Source: Cyanophyceae cyanobacterium
Lineage (GTDB): Bacteria > Cyanobacteriota > Cyanobacteriia > Cyanobacteriales > Laspinemataceae
Direction of reading: 5' to 3'
DNA length: 64,000 bases
Assembly (NCBI GenBank): GCA_038321985.1
Contig: JBBQFN010000007.1
Span: 1-64,000, forward strand
In this document: piece after piece, positions 1 to 9,227 of the stretch
Numbering within the stretch: the first letter of the stretch is position 1
Layout: every line of letters begins with the position of its first letter
The notes under the pieces: model-generated
Told to the model about the DNA's origin: nothing
Databases searched by the model: none
Seen by the model: only the letters and a program-made list of their open reading frames with translations
Program-made: the position numbers and the translations under genes

Positions 1-109
1 TAGTATTTTGGGGATTTATGAGACTCGTTTTGGTCACTTTTAGAGCTAGAAGCCTTGACTTGTAAGGCTTTCAGTTCCTGGGCTGGGGAGCGAGTACAAA
101 ACTAATTAG

Positions 110-631
110 AAAAACTTATCACCAAAAAGTCTGAAGAGCCGAGAAGTTTATGAAAAAATAAAACCAAAAAATTACGATAAATTAAATATTCAAAAGGAAC
201 TATTACCTAATTTTAACGGAGACGCCATGAATAAACAAGTAGATTGGCAAATTGAAGATTTCATTTATCCTCAAGTTTTATGTGAATTGGTTAATAATAT
301 TTTGAAGAAAAAAAATGAAAATTCTACCCTAAAATTTAAGCCTATCAAAGCAAATTTGATAGAAGATAAAATCCAACAACCCGCTTTTAAAAAATCCGGT
401 ATATTATATTTGATTGAGCATGAAAAAAATGAAAAAAATCCCGAAATAGGGCAAAATATTAACTTTACTAGCAGTAAAAGTTCTTCTATGAAACAGAACT
501 TAGCTCTCCTTTTTCAAAAAAGTCTTCGAGGAAATAAAAAAATTATTAATCTGATTCAACAAGGAGATTCAAATTATCCAAAAGTTAAAGAATTTTTAAT
601 GAAAATTACTGAACCTCATAATTTTATTTGA
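110..631 (+). pseudogene. AT-rich ORF, probably a 5'-truncated remnant of a larger foreign gene
   Basis: Frame is open from 110 (after TAG at 107-109), but the first ATG is at 227. Very AT-rich, no HIP1 sites. Confidence 0.4.
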
Positions 632-831
632 ATGCAATGCCCTTACCTGGCTACATAGACAACAGCAAACACTCCCCTACTTTACAAACTATACTAGAAA
701 CAATCATTAAGGATGAAAAGAAACAGGCCCTCCTCATCGCCACCGGTTTCTTCCACATTGAAGCGTTGCTTCGGTTAGAAGAAAGATACCATAAACCAAC
801 TCACCAGTTTTCGTTTACTCTTGGGATGTGA
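628..831 (+). pseudogene. Truncated N-terminus of a PLD-like/SNF2 helicase-type protein
   Basis: YIDN...L..I...LLIATGFF resembles the start of PLD-domain helicases. Stops after 67 aa. Overlaps the upstream stop. Confidence 0.45.
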
Positions 832-1097
832 CTCTACCATTAGACCAGCGCAGAGCGATCACATCGAAACCCCAGAGCCGTTCTCGCTCAGTGGCAGTGG
901 GTTTATAAGTTGAAGGAGTAAACGGCGGGATGGAAACTTAAGATTTGCTCAGACTAACAAGCGATCGCCTCTCTCCAACCGTCAGCGCTGGCAGTTATCT
1001 CCCAAACACCGATCGCGGATGGTAGATGCGATCGCCCTTCCGAACCCTCACCCCGCAGCTTCACTCCGTCGCTGTCAAGTTATCGGATTGTGAGAAC

Positions 1098-1781
1098 TCA
1101 TGCAGGGGAGTCTAAGCCAACGACGCGGCTTGTGTCCGAATCCAGGGCTGGATCTTGAGTGTGTCCTGCTGCTTTCATCCCTCGCTGATATCCAGGGCGA
1201 TCGCTGATTCGAGCCAGCCACGCCTTGATGTTGGGGCGGTTGTCGAGACCCACGTTATAAAATGCCTTCATTGTGCCGAAGGGGAAATGCATCATGATGT
1301 CAGCGGCGGTAAACTCAGCACCGGCGAAGTAGTCGGCTTGGGATAGGCGATCTTCGACCATCTGGAGGTGGCGATCAAGCCGCTCTTGTAGGGCCGGGAG
1401 CAGTGGAGAATTACTATCGGGTCCTACAGCCATCCCCGCAAACCAGTTGATGCTAATCTGCATCATCAGACTGCTATTAGCGTAATGGAACCAATACAGG
1501 TAATCGGGATACTCAGGTGAGGTGACGGACACTGCTAACCGACCTTCCCCGTAGCGAGCGAGGATGTATTCCACGATCGCTCCGGACTCCGCCAATACGA
1601 TCTCACCATCGACCAGCACCGGCGCATGGCCGAGGGGATGAACAGTTTGCAGTTCTGGGGGAGCTAACTGGGTGACCGGGTGGCGTTGATACAGACGCAG
1701 TTCATAAGGCAATTCCAGTTCCTCTAGGAGCCAGATAATGCGTTCGGACTGGGAAACGTTGAGATGATGGACAGTTAGCAT
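1098..1781 (-). CDS. Glutathione S-transferase family protein
   Basis: SQSERIIWLLEEL, HPLGHAPVL, LAESGAIVEYI, FTAADIMM motifs. Confidence 0.92.
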   Translation of the reverse strand: MLTVHHLNVSQSERIIWLLEELELPYELRLYQRHPVTQLAPPELQTVHPLGHAPVLVDGEIVLAESGAIVEYILARYGEGRLAVSVTSPEYPDYLYWFHYANSSLMMQISINWFAGMAVGPDSNSPLLPALQERLDRHLQMVEDRLSQADYFAGAEFTAADIMMHFPFGTMKAFYNVGLDNRPNIKAWLARISDRPGYQRGMKAAGHTQDPALDSDTSRVVGLDSPA

Positions 1782-2086
1782 TGTTTTTTGTTATAGCTTT
1801 TAACGTTAAAAATATCATGATTAGACCCTTTGATAAAGGCTTGATATTACCCTAGTCAAAAGAATGCTTGGGTTTTGGGTCAGCCACTGGTTTGCAGGTT
1901 GGGAGGATGCGATCGCCCTTCCAAACTCTGAACTCTAACCTTATTCCCACTCACACCCCGGTTCACTGGATTTGGGCCCGTTCCTCCGTCTGCCACAAGA
2001 ATTGATTTTCGCCAATGCACTCCTAAAATACACCTCATAATTATGGGAACCACTATATATCTTCCCCTAAATCTCTTCACAAAACC

Positions 2087-3427
2087 TTAACGCTTAATAC
2101 CTTTAAACCGTTCTTTAGCTGAAGCAAAGGCATCTTGCATAGCGGCTTGAATTTTGTCGGGATCAGGTTTTTTACCTCCCATTAAATCACCAAAATACAC
2201 ACAAGCTCCTTCTCCCAGCGCCCAAGTATAAGCGGCGGCCCAAGAGGCGGCGATCGCACTGCCGAAAATTGGCACAAATTTGACTAATTCCCGCCCGATC
2301 GCCTGAGCAACAAATCCCCCGGCGATCGCACTGACGACGCCCCCAGCTTGGGAGGGCGTGAGGGTCTGTCCATATAATCGCCCTAACAAACCGACCAGGG
2401 ACACTTGTAAGGCCGTGAGTACCGGCATGGTGGCAAAGGGGAGAGGAACAGCCGCGAGGGTGGCGGCCATGATGGAAAATGCCAAAATGTAGCGTCGGGC
2501 AACATCGCGATACAACGTGCCAATTTTCTCACCCGCCCCTTGATCCAAAAGCTGATAAATGGCTTGGGATTCGGCTTCTGGTAAGAGCTCCGCCAGGGCA
2601 TCGCTGAGGGCATCTAAGCCATAAAATACGGGAGTATAACCATCTTCTTCTAAGGTGAAATCCAGGGCAACGGCGCGATCGCAGATGTCCGCAAACCCCG
2701 CTTGAATCGACTCAAACGCCCGATTCACCGAGGGATAGTCCGGGGGATAGGGGGGATGATCTTCGGTATTCGGGGGATATAGTTCATGTAAACAGGTTAC
2801 GGCCAGTAAACAAGGGATATCGGGAGAGGCGGCGCGTAACTGTTGGGCTATTTGGCGCAGAGTATCTGTGGCAAAATCGTTAATTTTAACAGTCAGAATC
2901 AGGATCTTAGCACGCCCTGTTTTTTCTTGTAAATCCCCTACTAACTCTTGCACGACTGCCTCCGTGTCTTGGTTGACATCGCCGAGTCCGACGGTATCCG
3001 TAAAAATTAATAACGGCAGTTCACTGGAAGGGTAGGCATAGCGTTGGGTATGTTGGGTGTGGGGACGAAATCCCTGCCCGATAATTTCTGCGGAAACTCC
3101 GGTGAGTCCTCGCACAATAGAACTTTTTCCCGCTTGGGGTTTGCCAATTAAGAGGGCTTCAGTAGTCGGCAATTCGGCCCGAACTGCGGCCAAAATTTCG
3201 GCGACTCGTTCCTCACTGACGCTAAACCAATCCTGGAAATATTGGGGGAGGCGATCGCCTCGGTAAAGTTGTTTTACACGGCCTGTGGCCTCGTTCCAGA
3301 CCCCCTTAATGCGATCAAACCACGACAAATCTGCCGACTCTGCCGACTCGGTGGTAAGACCCTCTGTCGGTTCCGTGAACTGAGTGGTATCGGGTAAGGG
3401 GGAATCGGTCTCGCGTTGCTCACTCAT
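2087..3427 (-). CDS. Era/YcjF-like GTPase with C-terminal DUF697-type membrane region
   Basis: G1 GKPQAGKS, DTVG (G3), hydrophobic C-terminus AAVPLPFA...SAIAASWAAAYTWALG. Confidence 0.8.
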   Translation of the reverse strand: MSEQRETDSPLPDTTQFTEPTEGLTTESAESADLSWFDRIKGVWNEATGRVKQLYRGDRLPQYFQDWFSVSEERVAEILAAVRAELPTTEALLIGKPQAGKSSIVRGLTGVSAEIIGQGFRPHTQHTQRYAYPSSELPLLIFTDTVGLGDVNQDTEAVVQELVGDLQEKTGRAKILILTVKINDFATDTLRQIAQQLRAASPDIPCLLAVTCLHELYPPNTEDHPPYPPDYPSVNRAFESIQAGFADICDRAVALDFTLEEDGYTPVFYGLDALSDALAELLPEAESQAIYQLLDQGAGEKIGTLYRDVARRYILAFSIMAATLAAVPLPFATMPVLTALQVSLVGLLGRLYGQTLTPSQAGGVVSAIAGGFVAQAIGRELVKFVPIFGSAIAASWAAAYTWALGEGACVYFGDLMGGKKPDPDKIQAAMQDAFASAKERFKGIKR

Positions 3428-3621
3428 TTGTATAAAAATGACGAATAGATTCGGCCTCGATGAAAAGCCCGCCTCTAGAGTCGGGCTGTTTGCCAGGGCT
3501 GACCCTAGAACGGGTGAGACCCCAGAAATACTTTACCGTAATTTGAGCTAATTAGAGGGTTATGCTTTAAAATGTCCGGCAAAGGAGGTAGTTAGGGTTA
3601 GACCTTCCGTAGATTGGGGCA

Positions 3622-5139
3622 TCAGAGGTGCGGGGGGAGGTCTTTGACGATTGAGCGATCGCGGCCTTGATATTTGGCTTCATACAATGCAGCATCGGCA
3701 GCAGCTATTAACTCCTCGGGTTTATATGAGTTCGTGGGAATTGTGGTGGAAATTCCTAGACTCACAGTGACCCAAGGACTGACTCGGGAATCCAAGTGAG
3801 GTAATTGCAATTGGCGAATGCGATCGCGAATGGTTTCGGCGACGGCAACCGCCCCCGAACTGTTAGTATTGGGTAAGATGATTACAAACTCTTCTCCCCC
3901 ATACCGAGCTAATAAATCGGTCTTGCGGGCGATCGCACTCTGGGCCGCTAAAGCCACTTGTTGTAAACAGCGATCGCCCGCTTGATGTCCATAGTAATCG
4001 TTATAACGTTTAAAATAGTCAAGGTCAAATAAAATTAAAGAAATGGGTTGTTTTTCCCGTTGCGCTCGATTCCATTCGCGATCGAGATATTCATCAAAGC
4101 CACGGCGATTCGCGACCTGAGTTAAACTATCGAGATTAGCAAGCCGTTCTAATTCTAAATTGGCTTGTTTTAAAGCCGCTTCTGTTTTTTTGCGCTGAAT
4201 CATTGACCCTAACTGCCTAGCAACGGATTCCAGCAGTTCCAGAGAGCGTCGGTCTGGTTTCATTTCATTTTTTTGAAAAAATACCAAAACAGCTAACACT
4301 TGAAAATTGTCCTCAGTTGTACTACTATCCCGTAGCAAAATAGGAATTCCCAGCATCCCTTTTAGTCCGGCCGCAGCAGCGATATCCGCGCGAGAAAAAT
4401 TTTCTAAATTTTCTTGAGAAGCGTCGGCAATCCATTCTAAATGTTGCTCCTTCCAAATCCTGGCCGCCAACCCTGGGCCTTGAAAACTCTCTCTAGTTTT
4501 GCTAGAGTAATAAAACTCGGCTAATTTGACATCATCTCCATACCATGCCTGCCGATATTCCAGCATAGTTGCCGAATCATTGGGCATCCAGGCTTCTCCA
4601 AAGTCCCAACCGAGCGTTCTACAAAGTTTGTCTAAAATTATAGCTAATGCGGAGTCTATATCTACCGCTTCACTAATAGCTTGACTTGCGGTTAATAGGA
4701 GTTGTAATTGAGCATTTTGAGACTTTAATTCTAACTGAAAATCCCGCAAACGTAATTGATATTCAACCCGAGCTAATACTTCTGCCGGCTCAAAGGGTTT
4801 TGTGATATAATCTACTCCTCCTAAATTAAAAGCAGTTACTTTGTCAATCACGCCATCTAAGGCACTGATAAAAATGATGGGAACTTCCTGGGTTCGAGGG
4901 TCCGCTTTAAGTTGCCGACAGACTTCGTACCCATCCATATCCGGCATTTTAATATCTAATAAAATTAAATCGGGAGAATGGGCTAAAACCGATTTTAAGG
5001 CCATTTTTCCATTAGGGGCAACTCTAGTTTTATAATGGTGTTTGCGTAAGATTCGGTTCAAAAGCAAAAGATTTACAGGGGTATCGTCAACTACTAATAT
5101 ATTAGCTTTATAACTGGATGCTTGCCGCTGGTTTGTCAT
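3622..5139 (-). CDS. Diguanylate cyclase (REC-GAF-GGDEF)
   Basis: ILVVDD...DLILLDIKMP receiver, GAF-like middle region, DLDYFKRYND and ARYGGEEF. Confidence 0.93.
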   Translation of the reverse strand: MTNQRQASSYKANILVVDDTPVNLLLLNRILRKHHYKTRVAPNGKMALKSVLAHSPDLILLDIKMPDMDGYEVCRQLKADPRTQEVPIIFISALDGVIDKVTAFNLGGVDYITKPFEPAEVLARVEYQLRLRDFQLELKSQNAQLQLLLTASQAISEAVDIDSALAIILDKLCRTLGWDFGEAWMPNDSATMLEYRQAWYGDDVKLAEFYYSSKTRESFQGPGLAARIWKEQHLEWIADASQENLENFSRADIAAAAGLKGMLGIPILLRDSSTTEDNFQVLAVLVFFQKNEMKPDRRSLELLESVARQLGSMIQRKKTEAALKQANLELERLANLDSLTQVANRRGFDEYLDREWNRAQREKQPISLILFDLDYFKRYNDYYGHQAGDRCLQQVALAAQSAIARKTDLLARYGGEEFVIILPNTNSSGAVAVAETIRDRIRQLQLPHLDSRVSPWVTVSLGISTTIPTNSYKPEELIAAADAALYEAKYQGRDRSIVKDLPPHL

Positions 5140-5778
5140 GAATTGACTAACTCCCGATTCTTAAAAAAAAGAACCAATATTCTGAACGGTGAGAAGGGTT
5201 TGGCCCCGTTTATTTCCCATTCCGTCCCTTGAACCCGAGTCAAAAAAGCCTCCTTTATTTGGTCCTCCGTACAGAGGGGAGCTATTATAAAGGTGAAGGA
5301 ATCGTACATAACCTGAAAAATTTTATCCCGGGGCCTTTCCTCTAATAGTAACAGATGGTTGTGCTATCTCATTCCTCAAAGAAAAATGGCTAAAAGAAGG
5401 CGACTCTTACCCGAGTAGGCTCACCTGCAAATCCATCTGACCCTCGGTGGTAAATTTAAGCCCATTTCCCCCTAAAAGGTGGGGGATAGCATCGGCAACG
5501 GGTGGAGAAAAGGCTAATTTTAGAGGAGTTTATGCCAGTTGATCTAAGATGAGGTTGGCGATCGCCCCGCACTCTTCTGGGTAAATGTGCGATCGCCCTA
5601 ATTTCGTTTTGGCTAACAACTCAGCAGCAGTCGCCGAACCTGATTCATTTCTATCTCAACCGGGGTCCTCCCCGAGAGGTCCTCGGATCAAGACATCCCC
5701 ACTCCGCAACTTCTGGAAATAGGGTCATATTTCAGGGCATAATCGAGTCCGATCCGTAGGCCGATTTTTGACTTCAAT

Positions 5779-5822
5779 TTTGACAAAGTATCTACCTACT
5801 TAGGAGTAGATACTTTGTCAAA
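5779..5822. repeat. Perfect 17-bp inverted repeat (terminator or operator)
   Basis: TTTGACAAAGTATCTAC-N10-GTAGATACTTTGTCAAA. Confidence 0.85.
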
Positions 5823-5857
5823 GCTGATTACAATCATTCCCCCAACCCCCGGGTGTA

Positions 5858-5956
5858 TTATCGTTTCCCCGCCACCCAAATACAACCCATAATCAATACA
5901 GTAAAGCCGAGATAACCCCAAACTGTAACCCACTCCTGCCAATTTCCACTGTCCAT
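5858..5956 (-). CDS. Unannotated 32-aa single-TM small protein MDSGNWQEWVTVWGYLGFTVLIMGCIWVAGKR
   Basis: Translated by hand. AGGA just upstream of the ATG, hydrophobic stretch followed by KR, 31 nt downstream of the TonB-like gene. Confidence 0.55.
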   Translation of the reverse strand: MDSGNWQEWVTVWGYLGFTVLIMGCIWVAGKR

Positions 5957-5987
5957 GATTCCTGTTCTGTTTCTACGCCCTAACAGT

Positions 5988-7205
5988 TTACCGTTCAAAC
6001 GTCACCAGAATCACCCGTCCCTGTTGGCCGTTTTCTGAAGGGTCAAATTGCCAAGTTAATACTTGATTTTGAGCCGCGTAATCGAGGATATCGTAACCGC
6101 TAGACTGTTGAATTATCGCCTCAATCACCGTCCCGTTTGGGGCAATATCGGCAGTTAAAATCACCGTCCCATCCCAGGCATTATCCAGGGCAATTTGGGG
6201 AAGAGGAGGGCGATCGCAGCTACGACAGGCGATCGCATCCTCTCCAGACTCATTGCCCAAATCCCCACTCATGCCGAGATTAGAATCCTCCTCAAAGCGA
6301 GGGGATGCGCCATAGTTGCCCTCCGCAGTCCCATCACCCTTGTCTAACGGTTCAGAAAGGCGATCGAGATTGGACTCAAAAGGGTCCCCGGATTCACCCG
6401 AGGCGATCGCCCCCGGATCGAAAGGTGATTCCTCCTCAAACTCCGACGGCAGTGCCCTCCTTGCCCGGATAGTCCTTACCTCGGGGGGGTCCGGCAATCG
6501 TCCTAAATTACTGGATTCCGTCAACATCTCATTCCTCTGGATACTGTTGGAATTAGCAATTCTCGAACTATGTCCAGGGTCCAAAGGGGAAGCATTCGTA
6601 AACGGATCCTCCGACGGAAGTGGGGCCGGGTTTGCCAGGGGTTCCAAGGGCTTCTGTGGAGGTAAAGGCCCTGTTTTCAACTCCGATGTTGGACTTTCCA
6701 TCGTCGCTGGCGCTTCTGCTAACGGCGTTTCCTGCCATTCCTCTAAAGATTCCGATTCTTCCGGCATCGGTTCCGGGGTTGCAGATTCTACCCCCTGCGC
6801 TTCCGCTGTCAATTCTTCCATCGGTTCCGGGGTTGCAGATTCTACTCCCTGCGCTTCCGGTATCGGTTCCGCTGTCAATTCCTCCATCGGTTCTGGAATT
6901 ACAGATTCTACCCCCTGCGCTTCCGGCATCGGTTCCGGTGTTAGTTCCTCCATTGCTTCCGGGGTGGGAGAGTCTAGCGCCTCCGATTCCTGTATCGATT
7001 CTTCTGGTGCCAGGGTAGACTCTTCCAATACAATAAATTCAATCAGGTCCTCCGTTCCATCCGATTTTAAATACATGAAAGGCATCACAAATGCCAGTGC
7101 CGCCAGATGCACCACCGCTGAACCCACTAGACTAAATTTAATAAACCGGGCAATCTGCTTTTCTTGTTCTTCTCGTCGTGTTACAGAAACAGTTGAAACA
7201 GTCAT
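5988..7205 (-). CDS. TonB family energy transducer-like protein
   Basis: N-terminal TM with S..VHL, Pro/Glu-rich linker, C-terminal TonB_C-like GTV...IQQSSGYDILDYAA...WQF. Confidence 0.8.
   Translation of the reverse strand: MTVSTVSVTRREEQEKQIARFIKFSLVGSAVVHLAALAFVMPFMYLKSDGTEDLIEFIVLEESTLAPEESIQESEALDSPTPEAMEELTPEPMPEAQGVESVIPEPMEELTAEPIPEAQGVESATPEPMEELTAEAQGVESATPEPMPEESESLEEWQETPLAEAPATMESPTSELKTGPLPPQKPLEPLANPAPLPSEDPFTNASPLDPGHSSRIANSNSIQRNEMLTESSNLGRLPDPPEVRTIRARRALPSEFEEESPFDPGAIASGESGDPFESNLDRLSEPLDKGDGTAEGNYGASPRFEEDSNLGMSGDLGNESGEDAIACRSCDRPPLPQIALDNAWDGTVILTADIAPNGTVIEAIIQQSSGYDILDYAAQNQVLTWQFDPSENGQQGRVILVTFER
6758..6965 (-). repeat. Intragenic imperfect tandem repeat (PEPMEELTAE...AQGVES, about 3-4 units)
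   Basis: Repeated CAGATTCTAC.CCCTGCGCTTCCG and CCATCGGTTC blocks. Confidence 0.8.
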
Positions 7206-7488
7206 TCCTTCTGGATCTCCTCAGAACAAAGGTGGGGATGGCAGTTGAGTAGATGAGGTTTAATATTGCCCAACAGACAAAATCAGTGCCTTAACTGCAA
7301 GGTTAACGCACCGGAGGCAATCGGTACCGTATCGAGTCGGTTGTGGGTTCGCCGCCAGCAATAGGGTCACCGTTTATCAAGTCCCACTTCATCAATACTG
7401 CCGTAATCGGGTCGAAAAGGACAGTCAGTTCTGGATCTCTTGATTCAGGTTTTGCACTGGGAGTCAGCTTCTGTGTTGCCGCTACCCT

Positions 7489-8295
7489 TCAATAATTACA
7501 TCGTTTTAATTGTTGCTGAAAATTTGAAATTCGTTCTTGAGCTAAATTGCAATACTCTTGGCTAATATCAATTCCAATATATTGTCGGTCCAGTTCCGTT
7601 GCAGCCAAACAAGTCGTTCCACTTCCACACATCGGGTCAAGGACAACATCCCCTTCATTGGTCCAGGAATTAATATGGTCCCGGGCTAATGCGCAGGGAA
7701 AGGGTGCTGGGTGTCCTTTTGCCGTTTGATCTTCCGCTTTTTTCCCTACCACATATTCCCAAATATTGCCCTTAATTTTTTTCTTTTTAACCGGATTTGC
7801 AATTTTATTTCTTTTCTGCTCACCTTTAGAATAGTTTTTGTAGGTTGTTCCATTCAATTCAAGCCCTGCATGGATACAATCAATTTTAATCGGGTTATGG
7901 GTTTTGACTTCACCCTTACTAAAAACAAACATATATTCAAAAATATTGTTATATCGTTTTCTATAAATTTGCGGAATAGGATTTATTTTTTGAAAAATCA
8001 TAGTATCATGAAGATTGAATCCAATTTCTTTAAAGTAAAGGGCTTGTTTAAAACTGGTTCCTGTTTCACTTCCTTTAATTGTGGAATCCCCCACCACCCA
8101 AACAACGACTCCCCCGGGTTTCGTGACTCGATGTAATTGTTGAGCTATTTCTTCAAAGGGTAAAGTATAACCTTGGTATATTCTTAATTTATCGTAAGGG
8201 GGAGAACTAAGAGTCAGATCAATTGAGTTTTCATCAAAATGACTCATCACCTCTACACAGTGACCGGATATGATTTCGTTGATAAAATTTTTCAT
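7489..8295 (-). CDS. Orphan beta-class amino-DNA methyltransferase (probably m4C)
   Basis: SPPY catalytic motif precedes HPAPFP and VLDPMCGSGTT (SAM binding). AT-rich. Confidence 0.9.
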   Translation of the reverse strand: MKNFINEIISGHCVEVMSHFDENSIDLTLSSPPYDKLRIYQGYTLPFEEIAQQLHRVTKPGGVVVWVVGDSTIKGSETGTSFKQALYFKEIGFNLHDTMIFQKINPIPQIYRKRYNNIFEYMFVFSKGEVKTHNPIKIDCIHAGLELNGTTYKNYSKGEQKRNKIANPVKKKKIKGNIWEYVVGKKAEDQTAKGHPAPFPCALARDHINSWTNEGDVVLDPMCGSGTTCLAATELDRQYIGIDISQEYCNLAQERISNFQQQLKRCNY

Positions 8296-8504
8296 ATCTA
8301 TCCCTATTTAGCTAGTTTTAAATAACTTATTATTGCGCATTGAGTTTATAGCCGTAGGCTTTGCATCTTGCTCCCTGGCTGGGGACAATAGTGAGCAATA
8401 TCCACTGATTCATCTGATTAAGCCAGCAAAGCTCAATCCTCAATTTGAGGAAGGAACTTACATAAAAAACTTTGGACTCATTCAAGCTGTAAAATCTAAA
8501 GTCT

Positions 8505-9101
8505 TTATTGTCGATGAATCCCTTGAATAAATTCGTTTCGGGCTTGAAGACGAGAAGTCATCTGTACACAACGGACCAGCAATTCAATATCCAAATCAGG
8601 AAACAATTCGCTAGTAGAAATTTTCTCATAGTCTTCCCCGCGAAATCGATAGAGAGCAAGCTGATTATTTTCCCAAAACCAGACTTCTGTAATCTCAAAT
8701 CGCTTGTATTTTTCCAGTTTCCTGGGATTGCCGCTGGTAATGACAACTTCAAGGGCTAAATCGGGATGAGGTTTGCGATCGCCTATATAATAGGATTCAT
8801 CGGGCTCAAAGGACGCCCCTTTAGTTTCGGACTCCCGAGTTGCATTTCCGACAGGAATGAACTCAATCCCCATTTCAAATAAATAAATCTCTACTAAAAT
8901 GGCGATCGCTTTTTTAATCGATTCATGTTCCTCTCCCGTTGTCATTAGCTCTACACACCCATCTAAATAAGAAATTCTCAAACCCGCAACGTTTTCCATC
9001 AAGGCTTGAATTGCTTTGAATTCTTGCCAACTCTGATATCCTGGAAGAATCAACCGCTGTTCTGGCAAAGGGATAATTTTTTCGGATAGTTGGGTTGTCA
9101 T
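8505..9101 (-). CDS. Uma2 family (DUF820) endonuclease-fold protein
   Basis: EHE..K, FEPDESYY, PDLALEVVITS, EVWFWE. Confidence 0.9.
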   Translation of the reverse strand: MTTQLSEKIIPLPEQRLILPGYQSWQEFKAIQALMENVAGLRISYLDGCVELMTTGEEHESIKKAIAILVEIYLFEMGIEFIPVGNATRESETKGASFEPDESYYIGDRKPHPDLALEVVITSGNPRKLEKYKRFEITEVWFWENNQLALYRFRGEDYEKISTSELFPDLDIELLVRCVQMTSRLQARNEFIQGIHRQ

Positions 9102-9227
9102 AGTCGTTATCTCTGATTTGATTCTATTTTATCGATTGTTTCTAATAATTGGTAATTTTTAGCTAAAAATTACCCCCAGCCCCTTCCCGTAGCGTTCCGT
9201 TAGGAAAGGCTGGGGGCAGGGTCGCAA

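Noticed and set aside
6316..7248. 310-aa plus-strand ORF
   Set aside because: Antisense shadow of the repeat-rich TonB-like gene.
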